Both the position numbers and the translations under genes were made by a program. Below are positions 11,868 to 25,086 of a stretch of 64,000 nucleotides of DNA, one piece after another. How positions within the stretch are numbered: the stretch's first letter is position 1; the number at the start of each line of letters is the position of its first letter. The notes under the pieces were generated by a model. That model had not been told where the DNA came from, did not search any database, and worked only from the letters and a program-made list of their open reading frames with translations. This DNA comes from Octopus vulgaris (lineage: Eukaryota), in contig OX597830.1 in the NCBI GenBank assembly GCA_951406725.2, positions 52,886,001 through 52,950,000 on the forward strand. The letters are read 5' to 3'.

Positions 11868-11870
<3 letters not shown>
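11446..11870 (+). mobile_element. Tx1/L1-like LINE 3' end; same family as 26750-28120
   Basis: FFKFHLKRKMRVEREVL...ERWVNV..MA then 3' UTR ending agcccttgtggccaata(TTA)n. Confidence 0.75.
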
Positions 11871-11903
<33 letters not shown>

Positions 11904-11919
11904 CATTATTATTATTATT

Positions 11920-12130
11920 AAGGTGACAAGCTGACAGAACCATTAGCATGTCAGACAAAATAATTATTGGCATATCTTCTGTCTCTTCATTTTCTGAGTT
12001 CAAACCCTGCTGAAGTTAACTTTACCTTTCATCTTTCTAGGGTTGATAAAATAAAGTATCACTCAAGTACTGGGTTCGATATGATCAACTATTACCTTCT
12101 CAGTTGCTGGTTTTTTGACAAAATTTGAAA
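11920..12130 (+). mobile_element. SINE family B, old copy
   Basis: Similar to other B copies. Confidence 0.7.
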
Positions 12131-12316
12131 CAATTATCATTAAGGCAGTGAATAGGCAGAATCTTCAACGCATCAGACAAACTACTTTGTGACGTTTCTT
12201 CTGGATTGTGAAGTAAATTTCTTCATTACACACTCATATTCTACAACTATTTTTACCATTCCATTGAACTCACAATTTGTACAATTTTTTAAATACAAAT
12301 TAACATTTTGTAGTTG

Positions 12317-12555
12317 TATTGTGTCTGGGGAGAGTCATTTCTTTTTGTGCCTTATTATGTAACACACTCACTGGTAAAATTTCCACATTTTTCTTATTTT
12401 TATTGTCCTAAAATAAGAAAAACGTGGAAATTTTACCGGTGAGGGTGTTACATAATAAGGCACAAAAAAAAATTACTCTCCCCAGACACAATAGAATATG
12501 CTTCAACACATGAACTCATATAAACAATCTTGCAAACCAAATCCCCAAACGAAAT
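12317..12555 (+). mobile_element. Fold-back Penelope-like pLTR insertion with 13-bp TSD
   Basis: Inverted arms 12317-12400/12410-12493 plus unique tail; TSD attttgtagttgt at 12305 and 12556; same family as 48231 and 36570. Confidence 0.75.
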
Positions 12556-13819
12556 ATTTTGTAGTTGTTTTAGCTTTTATTTGTGTATTATTTTTTACAT
12601 TTATTTGTTTTAGTGTTTCACTCTGAGGGTCTCATTTTAGTAAGATGGGGATTGGGGCTTAATTAGATAAGGAATAGTGACACTGGGGATCCTATTTAGT
12701 GTCTCCAATATTGCTATTGTAAAGGTAGAAGAATCCATGTTTCATTAAGTACAACTTTTCATAATGGACTTCCTTACAGTTTCCATTCAACCAAATTTGT
12801 CTTTAATCAATGCTAGATTTTCCATGTATTGGTTAACCTGTGAGAAGCTGCTTCCAAATGTCCCTCAAATCACAAATTACCATCTTAAAGAAGAGTAAGT
12901 ACATGTTGAACAATATAGTCCTAGACACACAGAAAAGATGGGAAAGGTTAAGGATGGAAGATCTTTTGATCGTAGATCTACTCAATCAGAGCAAACTGAG
13001 GAAGGGATTAAACAGCAACAACAACAACAACAACAACTGCTATTCAATTTATGTAACAGAGCCTCAATTTATTGAAAATTATAATAAAAAAACACTTGAC
13101 TAAAGTGCTGGACACTGGGATTAAATCCATATCCTGGACAATAAGATTGCGTAGCAAACTTCTTGACATCACAGCAATACCAACACCCAGTCATTGTCCT
13201 AATATCCTCTGCAATATTGACATTCCTTATATTTAATATTGGACATTCCTTATATGTCCACCTCCACAAATGGTCCCCTATAGAAGTGGTGATCTTCGCA
13301 TGGACACTTCAAACTCACAAGGTGTGGAATTTCCGGCAACACTCAAAAACGTCACTTGACTAATTTATTTATAGCCATTATCTATTGTGTCTGCTCCTTC
13401 TTTGAACCTGATCCTCGAACCACATTGCATCATCCACAACCACCACCACCACTACCACCACCACCACTGCTACTACCCTAGCCACTACTAGTATCATCAC
13501 CATTTTAGTATCCATTACTACAACTACTGTTACCAACGCTGCCATCACCTCCTTGACCATGGCAACTGCAATCGTCATCACCACTTTCTCCTCCTCCTTA
13601 CCACAACCACCACCACTGTTATTTTTTATTCCATATTTGTTTGAAATTGAAATTTTTTTTTACTTTTTGCTGCCCTCAACCATTTTGTTATTGTACTTAT
13701 TGCTGTTGTTACTGATGTTGTGTTTGTTGTTGTTACTATTGTTACTTTCTTTTAAATAGTTGATATATTCATTTTTCATTTAAATTTACTCCAGCTTAAA
13801 CTTGAAATTTTAAAAACAA

Positions 13820-14212
13820 CTAGCAGTATTGCCTGGCATTGCTCGGGTTCGTTTCGACCCTTTAGAATTGGAATTTTTGAAAAGTAAAAATTTTGCATTA
13901 TGTAGCTTTTTATTCTCTTTAAGTGAACATTTTTCTGGTTGAAATACACCGAAAAATGGTGACACAGCAGTCACAAAATTGTAAAAAAATAGGTATTTTC
14001 ATAGAAAAAAAGCACCTTTCTAATGTAAATAATTTTTGGTGTTAACATGGTCCGATTTGAATTTTTTCTACTACGGAATGAAGAGCAAGCCTTCTTCTAT
14101 CATACTCTCAATTTTGGTCAACTTGCGCCGGAGGGTCTCAGAGAAGATAGTGTTAGTTGAAGGCTACCAAACCTGCCATACACAGACAACTTCAGCTTTA
14201 TATATATAGAGA
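13820..14212 (-). mobile_element. Non-autonomous Helitron (copies at 48744, 63564)
   Basis: Minus strand A|TC...hairpin (cccgagcaa..cc.gg)...CTAG|T. Confidence 0.85.
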
Positions 14213-14694
14213 TGTGTTTCATCATCTCCTTATACACAGACTTAGGCACAAACATAGACACATAGACACACAAACATAAACACCTACAGTTAAGACAGAT
14301 ATACACATACAAACACACACACATACTCTCTCTCTCTCTCTCTCTCTATTGTAATCACATGGGTGTGATATCACAAGTATTATTTACTTCTACTTCTTTT
14401 CCTATATTTTAACCTTTTTTATTTTTTCTTTCATTTTTCTCTCTTTGAAACGATCCAGGATTTGTCCTACAACTCAGTGTTTATACATTTACATGTGTGT
14501 GTGTATGTGTGTATGCATGTGTGGTGTATGTGTGTGTGTGTGTGTGTGTGTATCTTTGTTATATTTGAACAAAAACTTCTTTTGTTAGGGATTGCCACTC
14601 GCTCTTAGAGAAACGATCCTAGAAAAGATACTTTTTATCCAATCTATCTATCTATCTATATGAACATATACATATATATGTGTGTCTATATATA

Positions 14695-14788
<94 letters not shown>

Positions 14789-14914
14789 TAAATTAGAGAT
14801 AAAACCACTATTAGGCAAATCATACAATGAAAAACTTAAGCCAATACATAAGATTATTTAATTTATATTATTTAAATATATAACAAAATTATTTAAAAAA
14901 TATAATTAATATAA

Positions 14915-14978
14915 CACTACGATCGTTTCATGGCTGTTAATTTCTTTAAATTTTCGAGTTACAGTCATTCATCAGGTG
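14915..14978 (-). ncRNA. Minimal type I hammerhead ribozyme (canonical core)
   Basis: cac-CUGAUGA-atgactgt..acagccat-GAAA-C-GAUC-GUA-gtg. Confidence 0.8.
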
Positions 14979-15026
14979 GTTTAAATATTTAATTGATTAA
15001 ACCATCGCCAAGTTAAATATTTAAAC

Positions 15027-15090
15027 CACCTGATGAATGACTGTAACTCGCAAATTTAAAGAAATTAACAGCCATGAAACGATCATAGTG
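15027..15090 (+). ncRNA. Mirror-arm hammerhead copy (cleavage triplet GUA changed to AUA)
   Basis: cac-CUGAUGA-stemII-GAAA-C-GAUC-AUA-gtg. Confidence 0.7.
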
Positions 15091-15302
15091 TTATATTAAT
15101 TATATTTTTTTAATAATTTTGTTATATATTTAAATAATATAAATTAAATAATCTTATGTATTGGCTTAAGTTTTTCATTGTATGATTTGCCTAATAGTGG
15201 TTTTATTCTAATTTAATATAATATAATATTTTACTATAAAATTGGATTCAATCCTAAATCTGATTTTTCCCTGTAAGTTTGGATTTATTCCCTAATATTT
15301 AT

Positions 15303-15373
<71 letters not shown>

Positions 15374-15383
15374 TGTATGTATG

Positions 15384-15505
<122 letters not shown>

Positions 15506-15651
15506 CATACATCCATATATATATATATATATATGTAGTTGGCCTGCATCTGAGCCTTCGGGGTTCCCAGACCCCAGTTGAAGGTACTCAACCCATGCAG
15601 AGTAAAAGCATTTATTATATAGCGGACGTTAAACGATGATGATGATGATGA

Positions 15652-15715
<64 letters not shown>

Positions 15716-15756
15716 CTCCTTCTATACATAAATATATATATATATATATATATATA

Positions 15757-16390
15757 AGTGAAAATCAAATCAAATCAAATCAGATATCAGAAAGCAGAAC
15801 CAAAATCGAAGTCGATCAACATCAATGGAAATTGCAGCTGTGATACCAGTGCCGGTGACAAGTAAGCGAACCATCCGATTGTGACCGTTGCCAGCGCCGC
15901 CCCGACTGGCCTCCGTGGCGGTGGCACGTAAAAAGCACCATCCGTTCGTGGCTGTTGCCAGCCTCGCCTGGCCCCCGTTCCGGTGGCACGTAAAAAGCAC
16001 CATCCGTTCGTGGCTGTTGCCAGCCTCGCCTGGCCCCCGTTCCGGTGGCACGTAAAAAGCACCTTCCGATCGTGGCTGTTGCCAGCCTTGCCTGGCCCCC
16101 GTGCCGGTGGCACATAAAAAGCACCATCCGTCCATGGCCGTTTGCCAGCCCCGTCTGGCACTCGATCCGTCCGTGGCCGTTTGGCAGCCCCATCTGGCAC
16201 CTGTGCGGGTGGCACGTAAAAAGCATCCACTACACTCACGGAGTAGTTGGTGTTAGGAAGGGCATCCAGCCATAGAAACACTGCCAGATCAGACTGGGCC
16301 TGATGTAGCCTTCTGGCTTCCCAGACCTCAGTTGAACCGTCCAACCCATGCTAGCATGGAAAGCGGACGCTAAATGATGATGATGATGAT
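15757..16390 (+). mobile_element. RTE LINE 3' UTR with ~46-bp GC-rich tandem repeats and (GAT)n tail
   Basis: Units of gtggcacgtaaaaagcaccatccg..gtggc.gttgccagcc; homologous to the 3' UTR of RTE 28605-30330. Confidence 0.85.
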
Positions 16391-16409
16391 ATATATGTGC
16401 ATATATATA

Positions 16410-16523
<114 letters not shown>

Positions 16524-17299
16524 TATGTATGTATGCATGTACGTTTGTGTCTATGCTAAACATTTGAAGTATATTTCTAACAATAAGCAATATATTTTTC
16601 TCACCACACCTTTCTTTGTTCGGCTTTCAGTTTTTATTGTCAAAGTAGCAAAGATTTTGAATATGTTGGGTGACCTTTCAGTAGTGATGAAGTCATTATA
16701 AGTGTCACTGGGACACGGGTGTATAACAAGTTTCATGGTTGACTCACTTATGCATATATATATATATATATAAGGGTATGTGTTGTGCATGTGTATAGAA
16801 CACGTTTGGTTCACAAATTTAGTGTGCAAGTTATATTTTAACTTCCTGAATTACTGCCACTTCCAGGAAAAATAATCATTCACTCTCAAACAAAATTTTT
16901 CCCCAAAATATCTTGCTTTACCTGTAAGCATTTTGTAGACAAACCCTGATGATTGCAGGGTAAGACTATGACAGCTCAATCAAAGAAAAGCCAAGTATCT
17001 TCTGCCCAGTATGAAACCTAAGTTATTTGTTGCAGCTAAGACACTGCATATTACTATCAGTTTGTAAATGTAATGGAGGGTAAGAGGAGGTGATGGGTGG
17101 CAAAGAAGTAATCTGAGAGAGAGAGAGAGAGTGTGTTGTGAGTAATGAAGAGATGGAAATACTGGAGGAGAGATGGAAGGTGATGTGGCAGTAGGGTGAG
17201 CTTGGTAGAGAGCAATATACACATATGTGTGTATGTGTGTTGTATGTATGTTGTATGAATGCGTGTGTTGTGTTGTATTGTTTGTGTGTGTGTGTGTGT

Positions 17300-18510
17300 T
17301 ACAGTTTATTAACCCCTACCTTTGGGTTAGCATGAATTTTCCATAGGTTGGTGTGTCTTTTGTAGCTCTACATATTACTCCATCAGTATGGCCCTTTTGT
17401 AACCCCTTTAGTAAGAAGTAACATTTTCAAGTTAGCTTTCACCACTTCACTCTAACTCTTTCTTAGTTTCCCTCTTCCACAGGTTCCACTAACTTGGCAC
17501 TTTTGTATTCACTTTTGTATACAGCATTCACACTTCTTACACACCATATGCCTGTACCAGCACAACCCCATGTCTTGCACACTACACCTGATTCCTCTTA
17601 TTACCAGTTTTCCTTTTAGCTCATTTATATTCTGCTATTCATACATACTAGCATTGCACAGTCATCAGAGCATGCTAGTGTAATTTCTTTCTAGTCTTCA
17701 CAAATCTTCTGCATTTAACAGTCATATCATACAGCATTGCTGTTGTAATGCAAGTATCATGCTAACTGCCCTTCACTCTGAGGGAAAAGACTTTTGTTTC
17801 CAGCTGCAGTAGTAGCCGTTCAAGAATCTGGACCTGGAGATCTCCATTTCCAGCGACTTCGAGGGCCACCTCCCAGTGGTGTCGGGCATCAACGAAGAGC
17901 CCTCGACTACAAGACGACCAAAGTTTTTTTTTTTTTTCCAAGGTCTGGGGTCTCCTGCCCCTAAGCCCTAGACCATCACCAAATCACCCTTACCCGTCTT
18001 GTTGCTTAACAACAACAACAACAACAACAGCAGCAGCAGCAGCAGTAGTAGTTCTCTGAACTTTTTCCAGCTAGTTCTTACCTTGTTTGCTATACTTTCA
18101 GAGCAGTCACCCCCACCCTACTAATTGTCTCCTGGGTTACAGTAGGTTATTAACTAATTCTAGTGAGCCATTTGGGCATTTAAAAATATCTATTTCCAGT
18201 GTTCACATAGTATGTACTGCTCCATTACATCTATCACATACAAAAGCATATGTTTTCTTCTAGTCTGCTTGCAATTCCACTACATCACTTGAATATCAAA
18301 AGCTTACAATGGGTACAGCATTTGAGGGTTATACATACTCCTTTTCTGCATTGAACAAGACTACATCGTTGATAATACCAGGGTTCTGTCTTCTTTCTTA
18401 CCCACTAACATTTTAGTCATTGATAAGTTTACCTTGAGGCCCCTTCAACTCTAGGTTTAGCTTCCATGCCGAGGATTTCCTCTTTGCTTTCCCTAAATAT
18501 ACAGCTACCA
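17300..18510 (-). mobile_element. Highly decayed RTE LINE
   Basis: Reverse-complement similarity to 29400-29950 and 18610-18957. Confidence 0.65.
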
Positions 18511-18609
18511 GAACTAGATCTGGCCTTTCCTTTCTCTTCCCCATCTCTGGACTAACTAAACCAGATAGCAGCCCACTTACCTTCTCTCTCTCTCTCTCTC
18601 TCTCTCAAA

Positions 18610-18957
18610 GGATTGTTAACCAGGAAAATAGTTTTTGTGTGTGGCAGATGCACAAGGGCAATAAACACTGAAGATGCACAGAAAACAGATTTGCATCACA
18701 TGCCAGAGGGTAAAACTAGACGTTGTTAATAGCTTCCACTACTTAGGCGACCAAGTCTGTAGTGGGAGTAGTTGCTCTGAGAGTGTAGCAGCTAGAATAA
18801 GAATTGCCTGGGCAAAGTTCAGGGAGATCCTACCTCTGCTGGCAACTAAAGGCCTCTTGCTCAGGATGAAAGGTAGACTGTATGATGCATGTGTGCGAAC
18901 TGCCATGCTACATGGTAGTGAAACATGGGCCATGACTGCTGAGGACATATGTAGGCT
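18610..18957 (+). mobile_element. RTE LINE fragment
   Basis: VNSFHYLGDQV...ARIRIAWAKFRE...LYDACVRTAMLHGSETW. Confidence 0.9.
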
Positions 18958-19015
18958 TATTTATCATATATTTCTATATCGTATATTTCTATATTTATCT
19001 ATAAATACACAATCA

Positions 19016-19870
19016 ATATATATATCACTCATGTAAAATCAAGTATATGTCAAATACAGAATGTGAGCTATAAGAATAAAAATGTCTGTGTTTAAAAGTG
19101 ATATATAACAAGAAAAATTCAAATACATATTATTTGCTAGTACTAAAATGGTGATTTGAGGAAAATCACCATTTTAGTACCAGCAAAAAAAGGAAGATAT
19201 GTATTTGAATTCTTCTTGTTATGTATCGCATTTAAACACAGACATTTTTATTCTGATGTTTAATCTTATATGTTTAATCTCACATTCTGTATTTGACATA
19301 TACTTGATTTTACATGATTGATATATATATACTAATTCATATTTATAATGTATGACTTATAAATTTTAATTCTTAATATTACAAAGTATAATTTTTATTC
19401 TTAATTTTTAATTTTTTAATTCTTAACTTTTAATCTTTAATGCTTAATTATATTACTTATTTTTAAAGGGATATAAAATTAGATATATAATATTTTGAAA
19501 TAGAACCTGAAGATGTGTTGGAATAATTGTAAATCTGACGATTGTGTATATGTATTTATATATGTATGTGTGTGTATATATATATATGCATATGGGTATA
19601 CAGTTGTGTATATGTATATATATTTTAATCTTCCAATACTAAAACACGTGTAGTTCCTTCATATTTAATAAATGTAAATATTAACTAAAGTAGGATATAA
19701 CTAATGAAGTATATTATATACCCTGCTGGCAATTGTGGTTATATCCTTTAAGTATTATTTCGTGATGTGCAAACTGATACCATGAGTTTACTGTCAGATA
19801 TACTCATTAAGTTATTTTTGTATTATCTGAAACAGAATACCTACATATCAATGAATCCCCCCAAAATCGA
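19016..19870 (+). mobile_element. Fold-back AT-rich element (arms 19016-19157/19163-19330) with downstream hammerhead
   Basis: Long imperfect palindrome followed by unique sequence containing a hammerhead motif. Confidence 0.7.
19503..19656 (+). ncRNA. Type I hammerhead motif with microsatellite-filled stem II loop; G12 mutated
   Basis: gaac-CUGAAGA-(t)gtgttgga...tccaatac(t)-AAAA-C-ACGU-GUA-gttc. Confidence 0.65.
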
Positions 19871-19884
19871 GATATATATATATC

Positions 19885-20200
19885 ACCATCATCATCATTT
19901 AACAGCCATCTTCCAAGCATGCATGGGTAGGACTGTTGACAGGAGCCAGCCAGGTAAAAAACTACTCTAGGCTACTGTGTCTGTTTTGGCAGGGATTTTA
20001 TGGCTGGATGCCCTTCCTAACACCAACCACTCTGCAGAGTGGACTCAGTGCTTTTTACATGGCACCAGAAGAGGTGAGGCCTGTTTTGACATGATTTTTA
20101 CAGCTGGATGCCCCTCCAAATGCTAGCCACGTTACAGTGTGGACTGGATGCTTTTAATGTGGCACCAGCACTGACAGGGTAACCAAGTAACTCACAAGAC
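19885..20200 (-). mobile_element. RTE 3' UTR fragment, old
   Basis: ggctggatgcccttcctaacaccaaccactc is the reverse complement of the RTE 3' UTR motif. Confidence 0.7.
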
Positions 20201-20824
20201 AAGGAATTATGAGAGGAGCAGGGCATTTGAGTGGGAGAACTTGTGTCGGAGGATGGGACAAAGAGACAGAGAGACAAAAGCAGGTGTCTTGCCACAATAG
20301 AGGAGGTGATCGAGTATCAAATGATGAAAGCTATAGAGGAGGTACATGGTTACCCAGTGAGAGAGAGAGAGAGAGAGAGAGAATAGATAAAGAATGAGAG
20401 ATAGGTCGCAAGAAAGAGGCCAGAAACAAGTGTGCTAATGTATGAGAGATACTTGGTTACCCAGGCAGAAGAAAAACAAGAGAAGGAGAGAGAGAGAATG
20501 ACCAAAGGGAAATTGAGTGAGAGAGAGCAGGAAACAGCAAAAGTGTAAGAGAGAGCAGAAGAGAGATGGTGTAGTGCTAAGGTATACTCACAAGTAACAA
20601 GAGTATGATTGTAGAACCTGGTTAGCAAAATAGGGTGTGGATGTGGGTGTTGGGTGTGTGGAGAGCAGTGATCCAGGGAGCAGAGCAGTGAGAGCAATAA
20701 AGGGGATTGGGAAACAATCATAATTTATGAAAAGGAAATGTGAGAAAGAGGTTAGAAGGAGAGTTGTAGTTCAATTTCTTAGGGTAGAGTGGGTGGGACC
20801 CAACTCTTCTAGCAATCAGTTTGA

Positions 20825-21190
20825 TGGACTGGTCTTCTCTTGAACTTCATATCTCCAAACATCTCAGTCCACTGTCATTTCGTCCATGAGCCCCAACATC
20901 CTACGGTCAGTCCTCACCAATTCAACCCATGTCTTTTTGGGTCTCCCTCTTCCAAAGGTACCATCCACTTTCAGCAACAGGCACTTCTGTATACAGCTGT
21001 CTTCACTCATACACATCCCATGTCCAAACCAATGCATTTTCCTCTCCTGCATACCATATTTAATCCCTTTCATGTCTAACTTTTCTCTCAACACTGTTGT
21101 GCTCTGTTGGTCATGCACACTGATGTTGCAAATCCAATGAAACATACTACTTTCATTCCTCTCCAGCCTACGCATGTCCTCCACAGTCAG
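20825..21190 (-). mobile_element. RTE LINE C-terminal fragment
   Basis: EDMRRLERNE..M.HWFGH...GRGRPKKTW. Confidence 0.9.
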
Positions 21191-21735
21191 AGGAAAAGAA
21201 GATTATGGAATCTGGTTGATAAGGATGCTGTATGGGACAGAAACATTAAACATCATCACATGAAATAAACTAAGACCAAGCAGTTCAGGTTTTTCATATC
21301 ATTTTGACCATTCTGCAGATAACTGTGCACTTATTTTCCAAAAACGCATTGGAAGGGCGGAGGACCAAGTTGGTGCTCTATTGACTCTTATTTCTAGCAA
21401 TCCACAGACTATTTCACCATAATGTCTATATATCTCCATCCTCATAAAAAGCAAAGTTTGTTTGTTTGTTCGTTGACCACTAAAGACACTAAATAAAATT
21501 GATAATATTTCAGGTTTTTTCATGTCATTCAAACTTGATCATTTCGCAAATAACTGTGCAGTTATTTCATTGTAAGGAACTTGGGCATTATGATAGATGC
21601 CAATATGTGCCTTATGAATACATTTGAGCACAATACAGACCATGCTGAAGGCTCAGAAGCCCACTAGTTTTATTTATTTATTTTTATTTTTATCTAGTTT
21701 CAGCTCACAAGCTGTGGCCATGCTGGGGCACTGCC

Positions 21736-22520
<785 letters not shown>

Positions 22521-22532
22521 TGTATATATATA

Positions 22533-22799
22533 TCACCTTGATCACCTTGACCGACCAGTCCGTCAGGCGTCCGTTTGACACTGCTGGTCACAGCACGCTG
22601 TCCACTCCTCTCTGGATCGCGCTTTTCTCATCCACATGATCCCAATCGTCCTCCTGAAATCGTAACTCCACCGTCGTGGAGGCCTTCCGGGTGGTTGTTT
22701 CTGCTTGTGTGGGTGCCACTCGACAACTGCGTGGGTCCACTGATTATCGGTGAACTGGGTGACGTGTCCAGCCCATATAAACTTTCTGCGTGTTTACTC
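22533..22799 (-). mobile_element. RTE LINE 3' end (third family)
   Basis: Minus strand [23 protein letters not shown]....PPGRPPRRW; tail (CAAGGTGAT)2. Confidence 0.85.
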
Positions 22800-22801
22800 T
22801 G

Positions 22802-22853
<52 letters not shown>

Positions 22854-22967
22854 AATATATATATGTATATATATTTATATTTATATATATGTGTGTTTGT
22901 GTGTATAAATATATATATGTATATATATTTATATATATATATGTGTGTGTGTATGTGTATATATATA

Positions 22968-23018
<51 letters not shown>

Positions 23019-23378
23019 ATCTATCTTTCTGCCTATGTATCTATTATTTCGTATGTGAGTGTGTATATGTGTATGCGTGTGCATGTACACACATACGCAT
23101 ATGCGTTTGTCTGTATTCATGTGGGAGGGGGGAGGATGTATTAAACACACTCATATACGTAACCACATACTCAAATATACATCTCACAGCCCCCCACCCA
23201 CCCACACACACGGACGTGCACAAATGCTTATATTCATACATATATATATGTATGTGTATGTGTATAACAAAAAGTGAAGCCAAACACATGCCAGAATTGA
23301 AGTGCAACCTTAAAATCGAGGGGGATGACGATGATGATGATGATGACGCAAGCATACGCACAAGGAAAGCCTCATCTG

Positions 23379-23415
<37 letters not shown>

Positions 23416-23715
23416 CATGTAGATCTGAAAATAGAAGATAATTCCTCTGTCCATGATACTTATGTCAACACAAACACTCTCCAACCTCCTTCTCTTCTAC
23501 TTATCACATGAGTATTTATCTATATGGCTATATATGTCCATACATGTATATATATATATATGTGTGTGTGTGCATGTGTGCTTGTCTGTATGTGTTTGTA
23601 TATCACTGTTTACATATATTTATATGTAATTATGTATGTACATGTGCCTGTGTGTGCCTGTGTGGTTATATGTATATCTGTGTACGTGCGCATGTATGTA
23701 CATGTATCTGAATGG

Positions 23716-23747
<32 letters not shown>

Positions 23748-23789
23748 ACATATATCACATATATATGTTTATAGACACACATATATATG

Positions 23790-24186
23790 CACGTGATAGG
23801 AAGCTTGCTTTCGAACCACATGGTCCTGGGTTCAGTCTCACCGCATGACAGCTTGGGCAAGTGTGTTCTACAAGAGCCTTGGACAGACCAAAGTTTTGTG
23901 AGTGGATTTTGTAGATGGAAACTGAAAGCAGCTCATCATGTGTGTGTGTGTGATTATATGTCTGTGTTTGTCCCAGACCACTTCTTGACAACTGATGTTG
24001 GCATGTTTACTCCACCATTACTCTTGTAACTTATCTGTTTGTGAAAAGTGACCAATAGAATAGGTACCAGGCTTAAAAAGAAACTAAGTATTGGGGGTCA
24101 ATTCTTTTGACTAAAAATTCTTCTAGGTGTGCTCCAGCATGGCTGCACTCTAATGACTGAAATGAGTAAAAAAAAAAGATAAAAGA
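23790..24186 (+). mobile_element. SINE family A, older copy
   Basis: Similar to 1989-2405. Confidence 0.85.
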
Positions 24187-24194
24187 AACACATA

Positions 24195-24780
24195 TATGTT
24201 TCTTTATTACCCACAAGGGGCTAAACATAGAGGGGACACACAAGGACAGATAAAGAAATTAAGTTGATTACATTGACCCCAGTGCATAACTGGTACTTAA
24301 TTTATCGACCCCGAAAGGATGAAAGGCAAAGTTGACCTCGGTGGAATTTGAACTCAGAACAAAGCAGCAGACGAAATACCTATTTCTTTACTACCCACAA
24401 GGGGCTAAACATAAAGGAGACAAACAAGGACAGATTAAGTCGATTACATCAACCCCAGTCCAAAAGGCTGAAAGGCAAAGTCGACCTCGGCGGAATTTGA
24501 ACTCAGAATGTAACGACAGATGCAATATCGCTAAGCATTTCGCATGGCGCACTAACATTTCTGCCAGCTCGCCGCCTTGAAAATATATATATTTCTTTAT
24601 ATAGAAATCACATGGATCAAGTCGATTACATCGCCCCCAGTGCGTAACTGGTACTTAATTTATTGACCCCAAAAGGGTGAAAGGCAAAGTCAATATTGCT
24701 GGAATTTGAACTCAGAACATAATGGCAGACGAAATACGGCTACGCATTTCGCCCAGTGTGCTAATGGTTCTTCCAGCTCA
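24195..24780 (-). mobile_element. Cluster of SINE family B copies
   Basis: Three gaaaggcaaagt.gacctcgg.ggaatttgaactcagaa-type modules. Confidence 0.85.
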
Positions 24781-25086
24781 CACACACACACATCTTACTA
24801 TGGGGATCATGGTGGGGACCAAGATTCCTGGCAGTCTGCTGTACTTGAGAAGATGTGTCAAGCTAAGTATACAGAAATTATCTAAATATTGAAGACCATC
24901 CCACTGCACTACAACAATAAACCATTGTGGTCTGAGACTGAACTACGTAGTATTGTCATCAACTGGGTTGTTGATGTTGTTGTTGTTGTAATTTTTGTTG
25001 TTGCTGTTTAACCATGGTCGATCCTGCTCAAACAGACCTATAATCAAAGACATTTTGGCTAGGAGTAACCATACTGTCTTTTTTAA

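Larger units (their letters stand above)
14781..15305 (+). mobile_element. Fold-back Penelope-like pLTR in (TA)n with ~210-bp inverted arms
   Basis: Arms 14781-14992/15013-15223, 20-nt loop, unique tail to 15305; same family inverted at 62588-62897. Confidence 0.85.

Noticed and set aside
14440-14630. Two GAAACGATCC strings resembling hammerhead 3' halves
   Set aside because: No CUGANGA-like box or convincing stems upstream
15535-15655. Scrambled RTE 3' UTR variant
   Set aside because: Looks like a low-quality or error-rich copy between TA tracts, not a new element
15850-16220. Regular ~46-bp repeats (also 41490-41915) as a CRISPR-like array
   Set aside because: Head-to-tail tandem units with no unique spacers, inside a eukaryotic LINE 3' UTR; no cas genes
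16939-17000. CTGATGA followed by GAAA; alternatively a 21-nt AG/GT-bounded microexon
   Set aside because: Stems I and III cannot be formed; microexon signals this short are expected by chance
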